A stretch of 64,000 nucleotides of DNA, from NCBI GenBank assembly GCA_963674825.1, contig OY771587.1:3232001-3296000 (forward strand), given 5' to 3'. This document shows positions 52,693 through 63,265 of the stretch, piece by piece; position 1 is the stretch's first letter, and the number at the start of each line of letters is the position of its first letter. The position numbers were made by a program, and so were the translations under genes. This DNA comes from Candidatus Cloacimonadales bacterium (lineage in GTDB: Bacteria; Cloacimonadota; Cloacimonadia; Cloacimonadales; JAIOQZ01). Under the pieces are notes generated by a model that was not told the DNA's origin, made no database searches, and was given only the letters and a program-made list of their open reading frames with translations.

Positions 52693-52954
52693 TCGTAGTC
52701 TCCTTGTAGAGTAAGTATCTGGGTGATTCGCAGGATGACTATAGAAAAATTTCAAAAGGCAATTGTATTATATGCGGCAATTACCGATGAAAACTATAGG
52801 CACCTGGAGATCTACGACATCCCGCTTTTCAAAGAACTCACGCCTAGTAAATTTATGTGTCAATTCCTGTCCATGTTTTTTTTTCAATACCTCAAAAAAT
52901 CTTAAAAACTTAGCCGGATTATACCTTATTGTTTTCCAGACCGTTATAGACATC

Positions 52955-55312
52955 TCACTCACCTATGTATCGTTTCAGGAACTGGATGTACTCCGCGATG
53001 AGGTGTAAATGCGTCTCACGTGCCCGGTAGCTGTGATCTTCCAGTGGCAGTTGAAGATAACGGCATGTTCCGCCCAGCTGTGAGATAGCGTCGAAGAGGC
53101 GCTCGCTCTGTATCGGATAGGTCCCTGAATTGGTATCTTCCATGCTGTGGATAAGCAGCAGTGGTTCGTTGATTTGGTCCGCATATAAAAATGGTGACAC
53201 ATTCAAATAAAGGTCTCGTGCTTCCCACAGTGTTCGGCGTTCGCTCTGAAATCCGAATGGTGTAAGCGTGCGATTGTACGCTCCGTTTTTCGCAATACCG
53301 GCAGCGAAAGCATCGCTGTGCGCCAGCAGATTGACAACCATGAATGCACCATAGCTATGACCGATAACCGCTACGCGTGTAGGATCGATTATACCAAGAC
53401 TGTCAAGGTAACTGACGGCTGCTTCCGCACTGGAAGTCACCTGTTCGATGAAGGTCTCGTTGACCGTCTCCGGGTCGCCTACGACGGCGATCTTGGCACC
53501 ATCCAATACCACATAGCCTTCAAGGCAGAGATAAAGCGGAGAATCACCCCAAAGCCAGGTATAACGGTTCTGCTTATTGACAGTCTGCGAGGCCACATCT
53601 TCGCCTGTGTATTCTTCCGGATACGCGGTCAGAATCATTGGGTAGCGTTTGTTCGGATCGTAATCAGGCGGGAGATAGAGCATTCCGTCCAGATCAAGCC
53701 CATCTTTGCGCTTATATCGGATTTGTCGCTTCTCAAGCTGGTTAATCTCGCGGAAGGGATCGTCGAAGTACGTAAGCTGTTGCGAAGAGCCATCCTCGAG
53801 AGAGTATAGGAAGTAATTGGGTGGGTCGTTCGGAGATTCGTTACGATAGATCAGGTGTTGGAGATCAGCACCAAAGGGACCAAGCATTTGCTGGTAAGAA
53901 TCTCTACCGGATTGCCAGATGCGCGTTTTCTCCCAAGTGTCGAGGTTGACACGGTCAAGGAAAGGATAGGTTCCGTCCTCCTCAAAGCCGTTTCCGTACA
54001 AAAAGATCGAATTGCCATCGCGGAGCGCAACTTCGAAGCCTGCATCGGTTTGCGTGGTAACGACCGATCCAGGATGCCTGTACTTCTCGGATACACTGAA
54101 ATCGTGGAAGACATGCTTGTCGCCGGTTTCCAGATTCAAGAAGTAACCGGTTCTCCACCGTTGTTTTCGATCGTACTCATAAACGATCAGTTCATTCTTT
54201 GACACGCAATCGAGGCTGCTGAAACGCTCTTCTGTCTTCAGGTATTCCTGCATTTTGCCCGGATAGTCGCAATAGAGAATATGATCACGATGCGGGACTG
54301 TGGCTTCCGGATCACCTCCGTCCAGAGCTTCGAGAGCGAGGATACGGTGCGGATAGAACGGATGCCAGAAGAAGTATCGCAGTCCGGGCTGCACGCCGCC
54401 GAGAGGGATGTTCTCGCTGGAAGGAAGCTCGGAAAGCACTTCGACTTTCTCGCCTGTCCTGTCCCATAGCTCGTAATGGTTTGGGAAACCCCAGTAAGGT
54501 ACTTTCCGTGAGAATGGATGATCGACGATGCGTACGAGGAAATAATCGCCATCGGGTGATGGCGTAATCCAGCGGATCAGATCAGCATCGCCAAACTTCT
54601 TGTATTTGCCGGTGCGAACGTTCAGCTTGATGAACTGTGTGGTGCCATAGAAGGTGAAAAGCTCTTCGTCACGCTGGTTTTTAAGCAGATTGCGATAGGT
54701 TCGGAGCTGGCTCTTTTCGCCCGATGATTCAAATACCGTTGGTCCGATTGGAAGTTTATCCGGTTTGGGCTTTTCCTCGAAATCATCGGGTACTGCGCGA
54801 AGCAGGATGTGCTCATTGTCCGGCAGCCAAATGAAGTCGGAATCGAACGCTTGGTTGGAGCGTCCTGTAAAAATCTTCTTCACATCGCCGGTTATGCTAT
54901 CCCAGCGCCAGACGGTGATCCGGTCCGGCTCGTATTGATTCATGACGGCATAACGACCGTCGGGTGAGAAAGATGCGGAGCCGAAGAAGCCATCCAGGCC
55001 GAGTTTGGTGGTTTCACCGGAGGCAATATCAAGGATGCGTGGATTCTTTAAGAACGATCCGCGGATTCTTGCTCGGTTCTGCGGGGTAATCTCGATCCCA
55101 CCGAGTTCGAATTTTTCAAGAGAAAGCATCTCCAGCGGCATGTAAGATTCTCGATCCCAGATGACAAGCTTGCCAGCTTTACTTTCGTAAAAAACACTGG
55201 GTGGACGCTCGCGGTTGAATATCTCCGTTATCTCGTCAGGCGGAAGCTGGTATGGGATCTGAGCCGAGATGACCACAGTCCAGAGCATTATGAGTGTAAG
55301 AAACCATTTCAT
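52955..55312 (-). CDS. S9 family (prolyl oligopeptidase-like) peptidase
   Basis: Signal peptide, propeller region, GHSYG, GAYNRTLTPFGFQ, LLIHSMED, EDH. Confidence 0.92.
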   Translation of the reverse strand: MKWFLTLIMLWTVVISAQIPYQLPPDEITEIFNRERPPSVFYESKAGKLVIWDRESYMPLEMLSLEKFELGGIEITPQNRARIRGSFLKNPRILDIASGETTKLGLDGFFGSASFSPDGRYAVMNQYEPDRITVWRWDSITGDVKKIFTGRSNQAFDSDFIWLPDNEHILLRAVPDDFEEKPKPDKLPIGPTVFESSGEKSQLRTYRNLLKNQRDEELFTFYGTTQFIKLNVRTGKYKKFGDADLIRWITPSPDGDYFLVRIVDHPFSRKVPYWGFPNHYELWDRTGEKVEVLSELPSSENIPLGGVQPGLRYFFWHPFYPHRILALEALDGGDPEATVPHRDHILYCDYPGKMQEYLKTEERFSSLDCVSKNELIVYEYDRKQRWRTGYFLNLETGDKHVFHDFSVSEKYRHPGSVVTTQTDAGFEVALRDGNSIFLYGNGFEEDGTYPFLDRVNLDTWEKTRIWQSGRDSYQQMLGPFGADLQHLIYRNESPNDPPNYFLYSLEDGSSQQLTYFDDPFREINQLEKRQIRYKRKDGLDLDGMLYLPPDYDPNKRYPMILTAYPEEYTGEDVASQTVNKQNRYTWLWGDSPLYLCLEGYVVLDGAKIAVVGDPETVNETFIEQVTSSAEAAVSYLDSLGIIDPTRVAVIGHSYGAFMVVNLLAHSDAFAAGIAKNGAYNRTLTPFGFQSERRTLWEARDLYLNVSPFLYADQINEPLLLIHSMEDTNSGTYPIQSERLFDAISQLGGTCRYLQLPLEDHSYRARETHLHLIAEYIQFLKRYIGE

Positions 55313-55315
55313 GAA

Positions 55316-56619
55316 TCAATCCTTTTGAATGTAGAGTGACCACGCATCACGGCATAGATCGCACTGGTGATGCCGGCAAAAGTCGCTATGAAGTTGGATC
55401 ATCCCCTGCTGATGAACGCTCACGGACTTTGTCATCGAGGGTAGGAATCTGCGCATGTTTCTGGTCACACGGTTTTCCGCCTGCGCCTGATATGCGCGAA
55501 AGCAGTGTTCGACGGCTTCCTGCAGGGGTAGATAACCCATTTGACGACTGTAGAGCAACATGATTGGGAGCAGAATATTGACAAAAAAATATCGATGCGG
55601 GATTCCCCAAGATGGTATTTTTCCGGCAACCAGCCTTGCGAATCGAGGAATAACTTCAATACACGTTCGCGCATGGTGGTCACGCTGAATTTTCCCTGTG
55701 GTTGTGAAAAGCAGGCTGCAAAACGCTGGAACAATGAACCGTCGAACGAATCCCAAAGCAATTGAGCAACTTGCATTATACGGATTCCCGGGTGGTTGAC
55801 CGGTCGCTGACGGAAGAGCTTCCACGGAATATCACGCAGGATGTCCATCTCGTCCGGGATCTCTGCCAGTTCGCGCCATTTGGAAATCCAGATCATGGGG
55901 AACGTTGATGGAAGCCTCTCCAGAAGACCGCTGAGGGTAAGAACTGTTCCCAGCATGGCATCGCGGGATTTGCCGGATGTCTTGAACTCCTTGAGGTAAT
56001 CGTAGGTCAGATGCCGCGAGAGGCGAAGCATCTGGAACTTGTTATGGCTATAACCGAGCGATTCGGCCATGCCTTGCCACAGGACCTGATCGTAATCGTT
56101 GTAAATGAGTTCCGCGGCAAACCGATTGCTCTTTTTCCTCAGGCGTGTCATGCCGAGGTTTTCGAAAAATTGCTGAGGATGGCTGAGTTGTTGCAGGAAT
56201 TCGCATTCTTTGTCGCAGGGCGTGAAATCAACACCTTCATAACGCTGTAAGAGTTTTCCGAGCGATGAATCGAGCTGCTTTCGAAGCTGCATGATTTCAA
56301 CGGTGTGCTCCGAGTGTGTTCGAGTGAGAGTGTCACCGGTGTTGTGATCCAGCACAACATGCAGAATGACGTTACGGTAATCGGGGTTGTCGGTGTGGCC
56401 GTGGTTGCACCAGTCGGATGTCTTTACATGGATCTCCACATCACCATGTAAAATCTCATTGCCCACGCGAACAACCGCACCAAGGAAATCTGGCCCGGAA
56501 TCAGTGTTCCACTGACCGTTATACAGTACTTCGAGCTCGTTTCCGGAGACAGTCTCCATCTTCTTCTGCAGATGTCCGGCATCCCAGATGTAATAAAGAA
56601 ACCGCTCCGAAAACTGCAT
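55316..56619 (-). pseudogene. DUF2851 family gene split by a frameshift at a T7 run
   Basis: N-part GPDF, GDVEIH, W..HGH, VILHVV; C-part VNILLP...QGMIQL..FC...CDLC lies in another frame; junction at A7 55583-55589. Confidence 0.8.
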
Positions 56620-56626
56620 AAGCTGT

Positions 56627-59600
56627 TTATATCTCCTTCAATATCTCCTCGATGGCCCGTTTGAGCTGGACATCATCGTCCTGAATGATCTGCTCAGGCG
56701 TCATCTCGACTTTGATGTCTGGCTGAACGCCATTTCCTTCCATGTTCTGTCCGTCGATCGAAAACCATCCGTTGCTTGGCATGCGCATACTGGAACCATC
56801 CATAAACGTGATGTGTCCGGTTCCGATAACTGAGCCGCTGGTCGGCATACCGACGATTTTCCCAAGCTTCAGGTGCTTGAACAGGAATGGGAAGATTTCG
56901 CCATCGGAGAAGGATCCCTCATCGATCAGAAGGATGATTGGCTTTTCCCAGAGATTATGGGGTGCTGGATGCTGCTTTGCGCCGTAATAGCGACTATATG
57001 ACTGTGCATACGCCTTACGGGTGAGTGCTTCGATCATAGAATCGTGTGTGTTACCACCACCGTTTCCGCGGAAATCGAGAACCAGTGCTTGTTTATCGTA
57101 GTTTTGCGTGAAGAGATCGTCCATGAATTTCTGATACGTGCGCCAGTTCATTGCCGGAACGTGGATGTAGGCAACGCGGCCGTCGGTGAGTTCTTCAGTT
57201 GTCCTGCGGCGGTCTTCCACCCACTGCGCCTGGGCAAGATGGTATTCCTGCCAATAGCTGAGGCCTTTGATAATCGCCTCTTTCTCACCATCGTCGGTAT
57301 CGAACATCAGCTTGATCTTCTCCCCGACCTTGTCCATCAGGAGTTTATCGATATCCGTATCCCGATCAATCTCGACACCGTCGATAGATAGCAAAATATC
57401 GCCTTTGCGAATACCGAACGGCTCATAGAGTTTCCCTTGATAGAACACGCGATCGATGCGAATACCTCTCTTGAGCGGATCCTTGTAATCTAAGACAAGT
57501 CCAAGTGTGGCAGGCTCCATGACCTTGAAGGTATTGTCTTTGCGCGGATAGAAACCGGTATGCGATGCGTTGACATCACCGATCATCTCATCGACGATCG
57601 AGGAAAGCATGTCGGGCGTGAGTGCATCATCCACATAAGGCGCGTACAGCTCGAATTCGTGATTCCAATCGACGCCATGCATCTTAGGATCGTAGAATCC
57701 TTGCCCAAACTCGTACCACACACGCTCGAAGACGGTGCGGTTGAGTTCATGTCGGTTCCAGCTATATTTGTAGTTGTTGTCGATAGGCGTGGATTTCTTC
57801 GATTTAATGTCGAATTTCGAGAGCTTCTTGTCTTGTCTCAAATAATATACATCGTTCGCTTTGTTGTAGTTGAAGTCGTTGACTTCGCTCTCGAAGGTGT
57901 GGATCGATTTATCGTCTTTACCCTTATAATCAGTCTTGCGGAGCGTTAGCTCTTCGTCGTAGCTGTTGAAGTAGTAGAATGTTGAATCGCTGTCCACGCG
58001 CACGATGAAATTCTCGCCGTCGCGTGAAACGATGGTCTTGATCCGGTCGCGCATGTTGTTGAGATCGAATTCGATAACGATCTCCTCATCGGCTTCCTTC
58101 TCATCATCTTCGTCGTCATCTTTATTCTTCTTCGAGCTTTCTTCTTCCGGTTCCAGGATTGCTTTCCAATTATCATCTTCTTTATAGTAGTCGTCCTTGG
58201 GAACGAGATCAAGGCGACTGATATTGCTATCTTTCGTGAAAAACACGGTCTTACCATCAAGGCCCCAGTTGAAGCCGTAGAGATAGCTGCCAGACTGGAA
58301 CAACTCGTAATCTTGCTTCTTCTCGAGATCGTACATATGAAGTACCCAATCCCAGATTCCTTCGACCTTGGTGGGGAATAGGAGGTATCGTTCGTCGGGA
58401 CTGAGTGCAAATTGAGGCTCAACGGTCTTGTCGTAGATCGTGGTGAACTTGCTGGCATTACTGTCGGCAATGGCGATCTGGCTGCGAACTTCATCCTTGC
58501 TGAAGAAAACCAGCAACTGATTGGTGGGAAGCCACTCGACCTGATCGACAGCCTTGCCTTTGCTCCACTTTACCAGTTCGATTTCGCCAGGTGTCTTTAC
58601 ACTTGTGCGGAATAGTTGTGGCGCGCCTTTCACGAACGAGGTGAAATAGATCGTGGTGCCATCGTTCATGATCACGATATCGTCAATACCGGCTTGGTCG
58701 TGAGTAAGCTGCATTACCTCGCCGCCTTTTTCCGGCATGGCGAAGAGGTCGTAGTACCCTCTGAAGGCAATGAGCTTGCCGTCGGGCGATACCGCGAATT
58801 CGTCGAAGCGGTTTTTTACATCCTTGTGAACGTTGAAGTCGTCGTGGAACTGCTCCTTGATCTCGATCGGAATCGCTTTGGCTTCTCCTGTTGCGGGATC
58901 GTAACTGCCGATTCGATCGAAGTATTCATACACGATACGGTCGTTGTCCCGAGCGATCATCAGATCGCGTGCGGACCACGTGTCGAAGTGCGTGAGCTGT
59001 TCACGCTGACTCAATTCGTTCATCGGAGCTTTGAATATCTGGAATATCTCGCCGTCCGAATAACAGAAATAGACGTCGTCCGTCTGGCGAGAGATGGCCG
59101 GATAGCGCTCGGTAAGCTCCGTGTCAGTCAATTTTGTGTAGGTGTCGGTATCGAGATCGAGTTGCCAGAGTTCACCGTTGATACTGCCCCTGTATTTTTC
59201 GCGAAATGGCTCACCGTGCTGGCAATAGATGATCTTCTTGTCGTCTTTGGATATTGCCGACTGCACGTTGCCAATGCCGCCGATCTCGACGGGTCTGCTA
59301 CCATCAAGATATACTCGATAATTTGCCCACCCTTGTTTCGGAACTGAGCGAACTACCAGGATCGACTTGCTATCGGAAAACCAGTCGACAACCCAGGAGA
59401 ACTGAGTTGCTACGAGCTTGGCAAGTCCGCCTTCGGCCGGCATGATGTAGGTACCGGGAAAGCCCTCGAAATTCGAATAATAAGCGATCCATCTGCCGTC
59501 CGGTGAATATGCGGGAGATGCGTCCGCGCCTTCGGTGGCGGTGAGGCGTTTGGCTGTTCCACCCTCAAAGGGTACGGTCCAGAGATCGCCCATATAGCTG

Positions 59601-59713
59601 AAGCAAACGGTATTGCCGTCAGGAGAAATAGCTGGATCGATCATGAAGTGCGGTTCGTAGGCCGTGAGGTTAACAATAAGGAGCAGGATCAGTGCTGCAA
59701 GTGTCCATTTCAT
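56627..59713 (-). CDS. Tricorn-like S41 family protease
   Basis: PD40 propellers, PDZ-like region, DFRGNGGG, SFSDGE, PTSGSVIG, EGNGVQPD. Confidence 0.93.
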   Translation of the reverse strand: MKWTLAALILLLIVNLTAYEPHFMIDPAISPDGNTVCFSYMGDLWTVPFEGGTAKRLTATEGADASPAYSPDGRWIAYYSNFEGFPGTYIMPAEGGLAKLVATQFSWVVDWFSDSKSILVVRSVPKQGWANYRVYLDGSRPVEIGGIGNVQSAISKDDKKIIYCQHGEPFREKYRGSINGELWQLDLDTDTYTKLTDTELTERYPAISRQTDDVYFCYSDGEIFQIFKAPMNELSQREQLTHFDTWSARDLMIARDNDRIVYEYFDRIGSYDPATGEAKAIPIEIKEQFHDDFNVHKDVKNRFDEFAVSPDGKLIAFRGYYDLFAMPEKGGEVMQLTHDQAGIDDIVIMNDGTTIYFTSFVKGAPQLFRTSVKTPGEIELVKWSKGKAVDQVEWLPTNQLLVFFSKDEVRSQIAIADSNASKFTTIYDKTVEPQFALSPDERYLLFPTKVEGIWDWVLHMYDLEKKQDYELFQSGSYLYGFNWGLDGKTVFFTKDSNISRLDLVPKDDYYKEDDNWKAILEPEEESSKKNKDDDEDDEKEADEEIVIEFDLNNMRDRIKTIVSRDGENFIVRVDSDSTFYYFNSYDEELTLRKTDYKGKDDKSIHTFESEVNDFNYNKANDVYYLRQDKKLSKFDIKSKKSTPIDNNYKYSWNRHELNRTVFERVWYEFGQGFYDPKMHGVDWNHEFELYAPYVDDALTPDMLSSIVDEMIGDVNASHTGFYPRKDNTFKVMEPATLGLVLDYKDPLKRGIRIDRVFYQGKLYEPFGIRKGDILLSIDGVEIDRDTDIDKLLMDKVGEKIKLMFDTDDGEKEAIIKGLSYWQEYHLAQAQWVEDRRRTTEELTDGRVAYIHVPAMNWRTYQKFMDDLFTQNYDKQALVLDFRGNGGGNTHDSMIEALTRKAYAQSYSRYYGAKQHPAPHNLWEKPIILLIDEGSFSDGEIFPFLFKHLKLGKIVGMPTSGSVIGTGHITFMDGSSMRMPSNGWFSIDGQNMEGNGVQPDIKVEMTPEQIIQDDDVQLKRAIEEILKEI

Positions 59714-59723
59714 AGTGATTCCT

Positions 59724-62423
59724 TTATTCGTTTTTCATGTTAATCTGATTGATGCGCTTGTTGCCTTGGTACAGGTTGATCTCCAGCAAATCTCCATTGC
59801 CGAATCCGAAATGAAGATACTGGCTGTTCTGTGAAGTAGTACCTTTAGCGCTTGAGAGCTCACGAATAAGCTTTCGTCTCCCTGCAGGATAGCTTTTATC
59901 GTAATATACCAATTCGACACGTGTGCCCCAGCCAGGCGTGTTGGGCATATAACGTCGCCACCCATCGCGAGCGACCATCGAGAGATTTTCCATGTTCCAG
60001 AATGGCTTGATGAGGGCAGAACGATTGCTGTTCTTCGTGGTATTAAGAAACAGCTTGAAGCCGCTTCCGCTTCCGACACAGATATCGAGCTTCCCATCCA
60101 GATCGATATCGGCGATGGCATTCCCCCAGCCGTTGTAGCTGCGGCATCCACTAAGCCATGTGATATCGGTGAAAGTACCGTCGCCGTTGTTGCGGTATAA
60201 GTAGGATCGGTCGTTCTGGTAGATAGAGGTCATGAAGAGATCAAGGTCGCCATCGTTATCTGCGTCGAACCAACTCGGATCGGAGTGCAGCTCGTCGTAG
60301 GTAATGCCGGCTTCCCGTGTGACATCGGTAAACTGTGTGTACGTAACTTCTTCTCCATCAATGATTCTGTACGTCTGGCCGTCGTTTCGAAGCAGCATAC
60401 TGACATCGGAAAACTCGATGTAGCGGGGGTGTGCGAGGTTGCACATGAAGAGGTCGAGATCGCCATCGTTGTCATAGTCACCCCAGTCGGCACCGATGGT
60501 GTGACCATACCAGCCGCCGACATTGTGCCCGGCAAGTCCCTCAAGTGCGGCGATATCGGTGACTTTACCGGTCTTGGGATCGTAGTTGAAAAGAAAATTG
60601 CGATCGAGGCGGTAGTTGCACACCAGAATTTCCTGCTCGCCGTCGTTATCGTAGTCTGCAGGCGCGATGCCACGTCCGGCCTGGGCGTCCAGGGAGTCGT
60701 TGTATTGTGTCCTGAAGCCAAGGATGTCTGTCATATCGATCATCTCGCCGTTCAGATTATCGTAGAAGTAATCGGGCAGACCGATGTATTCGCCTGCTAC
60801 TTCGTAGCTTGCCATATAGAGTTCGGGATAGCCGTCCCAATTGAGGTCGGTCCAGGCAGCGCCTTCGGTAGGGTAGGGGTCGCTGATAGTCGTATCGGCT
60901 TTGGGATAGAATCCCACGCCCATTGCGGGGTAGAGTGCGTCGCTGGAATTGGATGTCACGACAATATCGAGATACCCATCGCGGTTGTAGTCTGCCCACA
61001 GGCCACCGGTTGCTCCCTTTGGTTTGAATGAGGCTTTTTCGGTGATGTCGGTGAAGGTTGCATCACCGTTGTTACGCCAAATCTTCCTGCCGGAAAGAAG
61101 CAGATCGTCGTCGCCGTCGTTATCGAAATCGCCAAACGCGACGCGCGATTCATGGCAGTCACCCAATCCTGCTTCAATGGTAATATCGTCGAACTGGATG
61201 TCGTAATAGCCCACAATTTCTCTCACCCACTGCATCGTCGGTGTGAAGATCTCATGGTCGATGAGGATTCCTTCCAGCAGCTCATATGCCTTCTCGTCGT
61301 AGCGCTTGCGCGGCGCACCGAGGACAAGGCACTCGATCAGGGACTTGGCGGCTGTGTATTCGGATCCAACCTCGCGGCTCATGGAAAAGATGCGACCGTT
61401 CCAGAATGCTATTTCGGCAAGTTGACCGGTATCATTGATATCGTAATGGATCTCGCTGAGGATTTCGCTCGCTTCGCGGATTGTCTCCTCCCGTTCATCC
61501 GATCCGATAAGATCGTACTTGAGCTTGTAGTAAGTCAGTTGCGTGCGGAGCAGTCCGATTTTTTTGTCGAATTCATCCGGTGAATAACGATCGTACATGA
61601 ATCGTACTTTTTCGGGTTTCGCGTCCGATTCACCCATCTGATTGATGATGAATTCAGCGTTCTCGAGAAAATCCCGTAGTTCGTTCCGCTGTTGCAGTTC
61701 GTCGAGTAGATCGCTGTTTAGCATAGCTCTGACAATCGCATATCGCTCAATGTCATCTCGAGCAGGTATCCTGACCAGCGCTTCCAGAGCGGCATCGAAC
61801 TTTTTCTGGTTTAAAAACGAATTAACCCGTAGATAGTGAAGCGAAGGCGTCCACTGCGATTCGGGAAGCATTTTAAGCAGCGCATCGATTTGGACGATAC
61901 GCAAGCTGTCGTTGCGTTCAACGGCAATGTCATCTACCTTCTGTTTGGCGAATGATTCCAGGATGACATTTGCTTCGCCGTAACGCCCCAGCAAGTTGTC
62001 AATACGATTCTGGCGCAAAGAATCATTCTCGATGGCGTCGATGGCAAGCTGAATGACCTGCTGCTCGTCTGGCAGGGTAAACTCGATGTCGCGCAGGAAG
62101 GTCGATTGGGTTTCATGATTGGGATCGCGTTTTTCGAGGGATACGTAGCTGTAGGCAGATTCCAGATCGTGAAGGTTCCGGGCTCTGTCGAAAAGCGTAA
62201 GCGCGTAATGGACCGAGTCGTCGATAGCCCGGTAGTAGTCCAAGAGGATGGTATAGAGGTACGTGTCATCTGGAGCGTTATGTAACTGCTGGCTGATCTG
62301 TGGGAGGTTGCGTTCGAGGATATTCCAAAGTTCGTGTTGATGGACGAATTCGAGTTCGGTACGGGTTAATGAAAAAAGAGCTGAAATCAGTAGCGTGAAC
62401 ACCAGCAGAAACCGTTTCCGCAT
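59724..62423 (-). CDS. Exported FG-GAP/CRTAC1 (ASPIC/UnbV-like) repeat protein with a helical N-terminal half
   Basis: Repeated D.DNDGD.DL motifs, RNNGDGTFTDIT, C-terminal SQN...LHFG; start at ATG 62423 behind GGAGAGG. Confidence 0.88.
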   Translation of the reverse strand: MRKRFLLVFTLLISALFSLTRTELEFVHQHELWNILERNLPQISQQLHNAPDDTYLYTILLDYYRAIDDSVHYALTLFDRARNLHDLESAYSYVSLEKRDPNHETQSTFLRDIEFTLPDEQQVIQLAIDAIENDSLRQNRIDNLLGRYGEANVILESFAKQKVDDIAVERNDSLRIVQIDALLKMLPESQWTPSLHYLRVNSFLNQKKFDAALEALVRIPARDDIERYAIVRAMLNSDLLDELQQRNELRDFLENAEFIINQMGESDAKPEKVRFMYDRYSPDEFDKKIGLLRTQLTYYKLKYDLIGSDEREETIREASEILSEIHYDINDTGQLAEIAFWNGRIFSMSREVGSEYTAAKSLIECLVLGAPRKRYDEKAYELLEGILIDHEIFTPTMQWVREIVGYYDIQFDDITIEAGLGDCHESRVAFGDFDNDGDDDLLLSGRKIWRNNGDATFTDITEKASFKPKGATGGLWADYNRDGYLDIVVTSNSSDALYPAMGVGFYPKADTTISDPYPTEGAAWTDLNWDGYPELYMASYEVAGEYIGLPDYFYDNLNGEMIDMTDILGFRTQYNDSLDAQAGRGIAPADYDNDGEQEILVCNYRLDRNFLFNYDPKTGKVTDIAALEGLAGHNVGGWYGHTIGADWGDYDNDGDLDLFMCNLAHPRYIEFSDVSMLLRNDGQTYRIIDGEEVTYTQFTDVTREAGITYDELHSDPSWFDADNDGDLDLFMTSIYQNDRSYLYRNNGDGTFTDITWLSGCRSYNGWGNAIADIDLDGKLDICVGSGSGFKLFLNTTKNSNRSALIKPFWNMENLSMVARDGWRRYMPNTPGWGTRVELVYYDKSYPAGRRKLIRELSSAKGTTSQNSQYLHFGFGNGDLLEINLYQGNKRINQINMKNE

Positions 62424-62454
62424 ATCCTCTCCTTGCAGCGAATCAATAGCGTAT

Positions 62455-62489
62455 AAAAAACAAAAGGCGGTTTTAATACCGCCTTTTGT
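62455..62489 (-). terminator. Intrinsic terminator after pyrH-frr-ferredoxin
   Basis: 12 bp stem ACAAAAGGCGGT/ACCGCCTTTTGT with a T-run on the minus strand. Confidence 0.85.
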
Positions 62490-62507
62490 CAATGTATTTC
62501 GTCCGGA

Positions 62508-62681
62508 TCAACCGCCGTTTCCGCGTATCGCGTCAACAGGGCATATCTCCTGGCATTTTCCGCAGTCGATGCAAGCGTCAGTTATTTCGTGCATGCCGTC
62601 GCCTTCAACAATCGCCGAAACGGGGCATACATCGACACATTCGCCGCAATTAACACATTCTGATGTAATCACAAAGGGCAT
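62508..62681 (-). CDS. 2x[4Fe-4S] ferredoxin, 57 aa (absent from the ORF track)
   Basis: Hand translation MPFVITSECVNCGECVDVCPVSAIVEGDGMHEITDACIDCGKCQEICPVDAIRGNGG; GAGG RBS. Confidence 0.95.
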   Translation of the reverse strand: MPFVITSECVNCGECVDVCPVSAIVEGDGMHEITDACIDCGKCQEICPVDAIRGNGG

Positions 62682-62690
62682 ATTTTCCTC

Positions 62691-63248
62691 TTAGATTTCC
62701 ATGATCTCTTTTTCTTTGTGATCTGCAACTTCAGAGACTTTCTCGATCCATTTATCGGTCAGTTCCTGAATATCCGAGAGAAGCTTCTTCTCATCGTCTT
62801 CTGTGATCTCACTGTTTTTTTTCATCTTTTTGCCGATTTCGTTTCCGTCTCTCCGGATATTCCGGATCGAGATTTTAGTATCTTCGGCAAGCTTCTTGAT
62901 CTGTTTGACGATGTCTTTACGCTTATCTTCGGTAAGCTGCGCAAAGGGAAGACGAATCACGTTTCCATCGTTTTCCGGTGTGATGCCGAGGTTGGCAGCC
63001 AGGATTTCTTTTTCGATATCGCCAAGGGTCGTTTTGTCCCAAGGCTGAATCACGATCAGTCGTGGCTCGGGTATCGAAACATTACAAAGCTGCTTGATTG
63101 GCGTTGGTTGACCGTAATAATTTACACGGATATCGTCGAGAATCGCGACGCTGGCACGGCCGGTGCGCAGTTTCGCGAATTGATGAAGCAGGCTCTCCTG
63201 AGCCTTCTGCATCTTCTGGTCCAATTCCTTTTTCAGCTTTTCCATCAT
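62691..63248 (-). CDS. frr: Ribosome recycling factor
   Basis: LRTGRA, IQPWDK, LGITP.NDG, IRNIRRD. Confidence 0.98.
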   Translation of the reverse strand: MMEKLKKELDQKMQKAQESLLHQFAKLRTGRASVAILDDIRVNYYGQPTPIKQLCNVSIPEPRLIVIQPWDKTTLGDIEKEILAANLGITPENDGNVIRLPFAQLTEDKRKDIVKQIKKLAEDTKISIRNIRRDGNEIGKKMKKNSEITEDDEKKLLSDIQELTDKWIEKVSEVADHKEKEIMEI

Positions 63249-63265
63249 ATTACTCCTGTTTCCGT

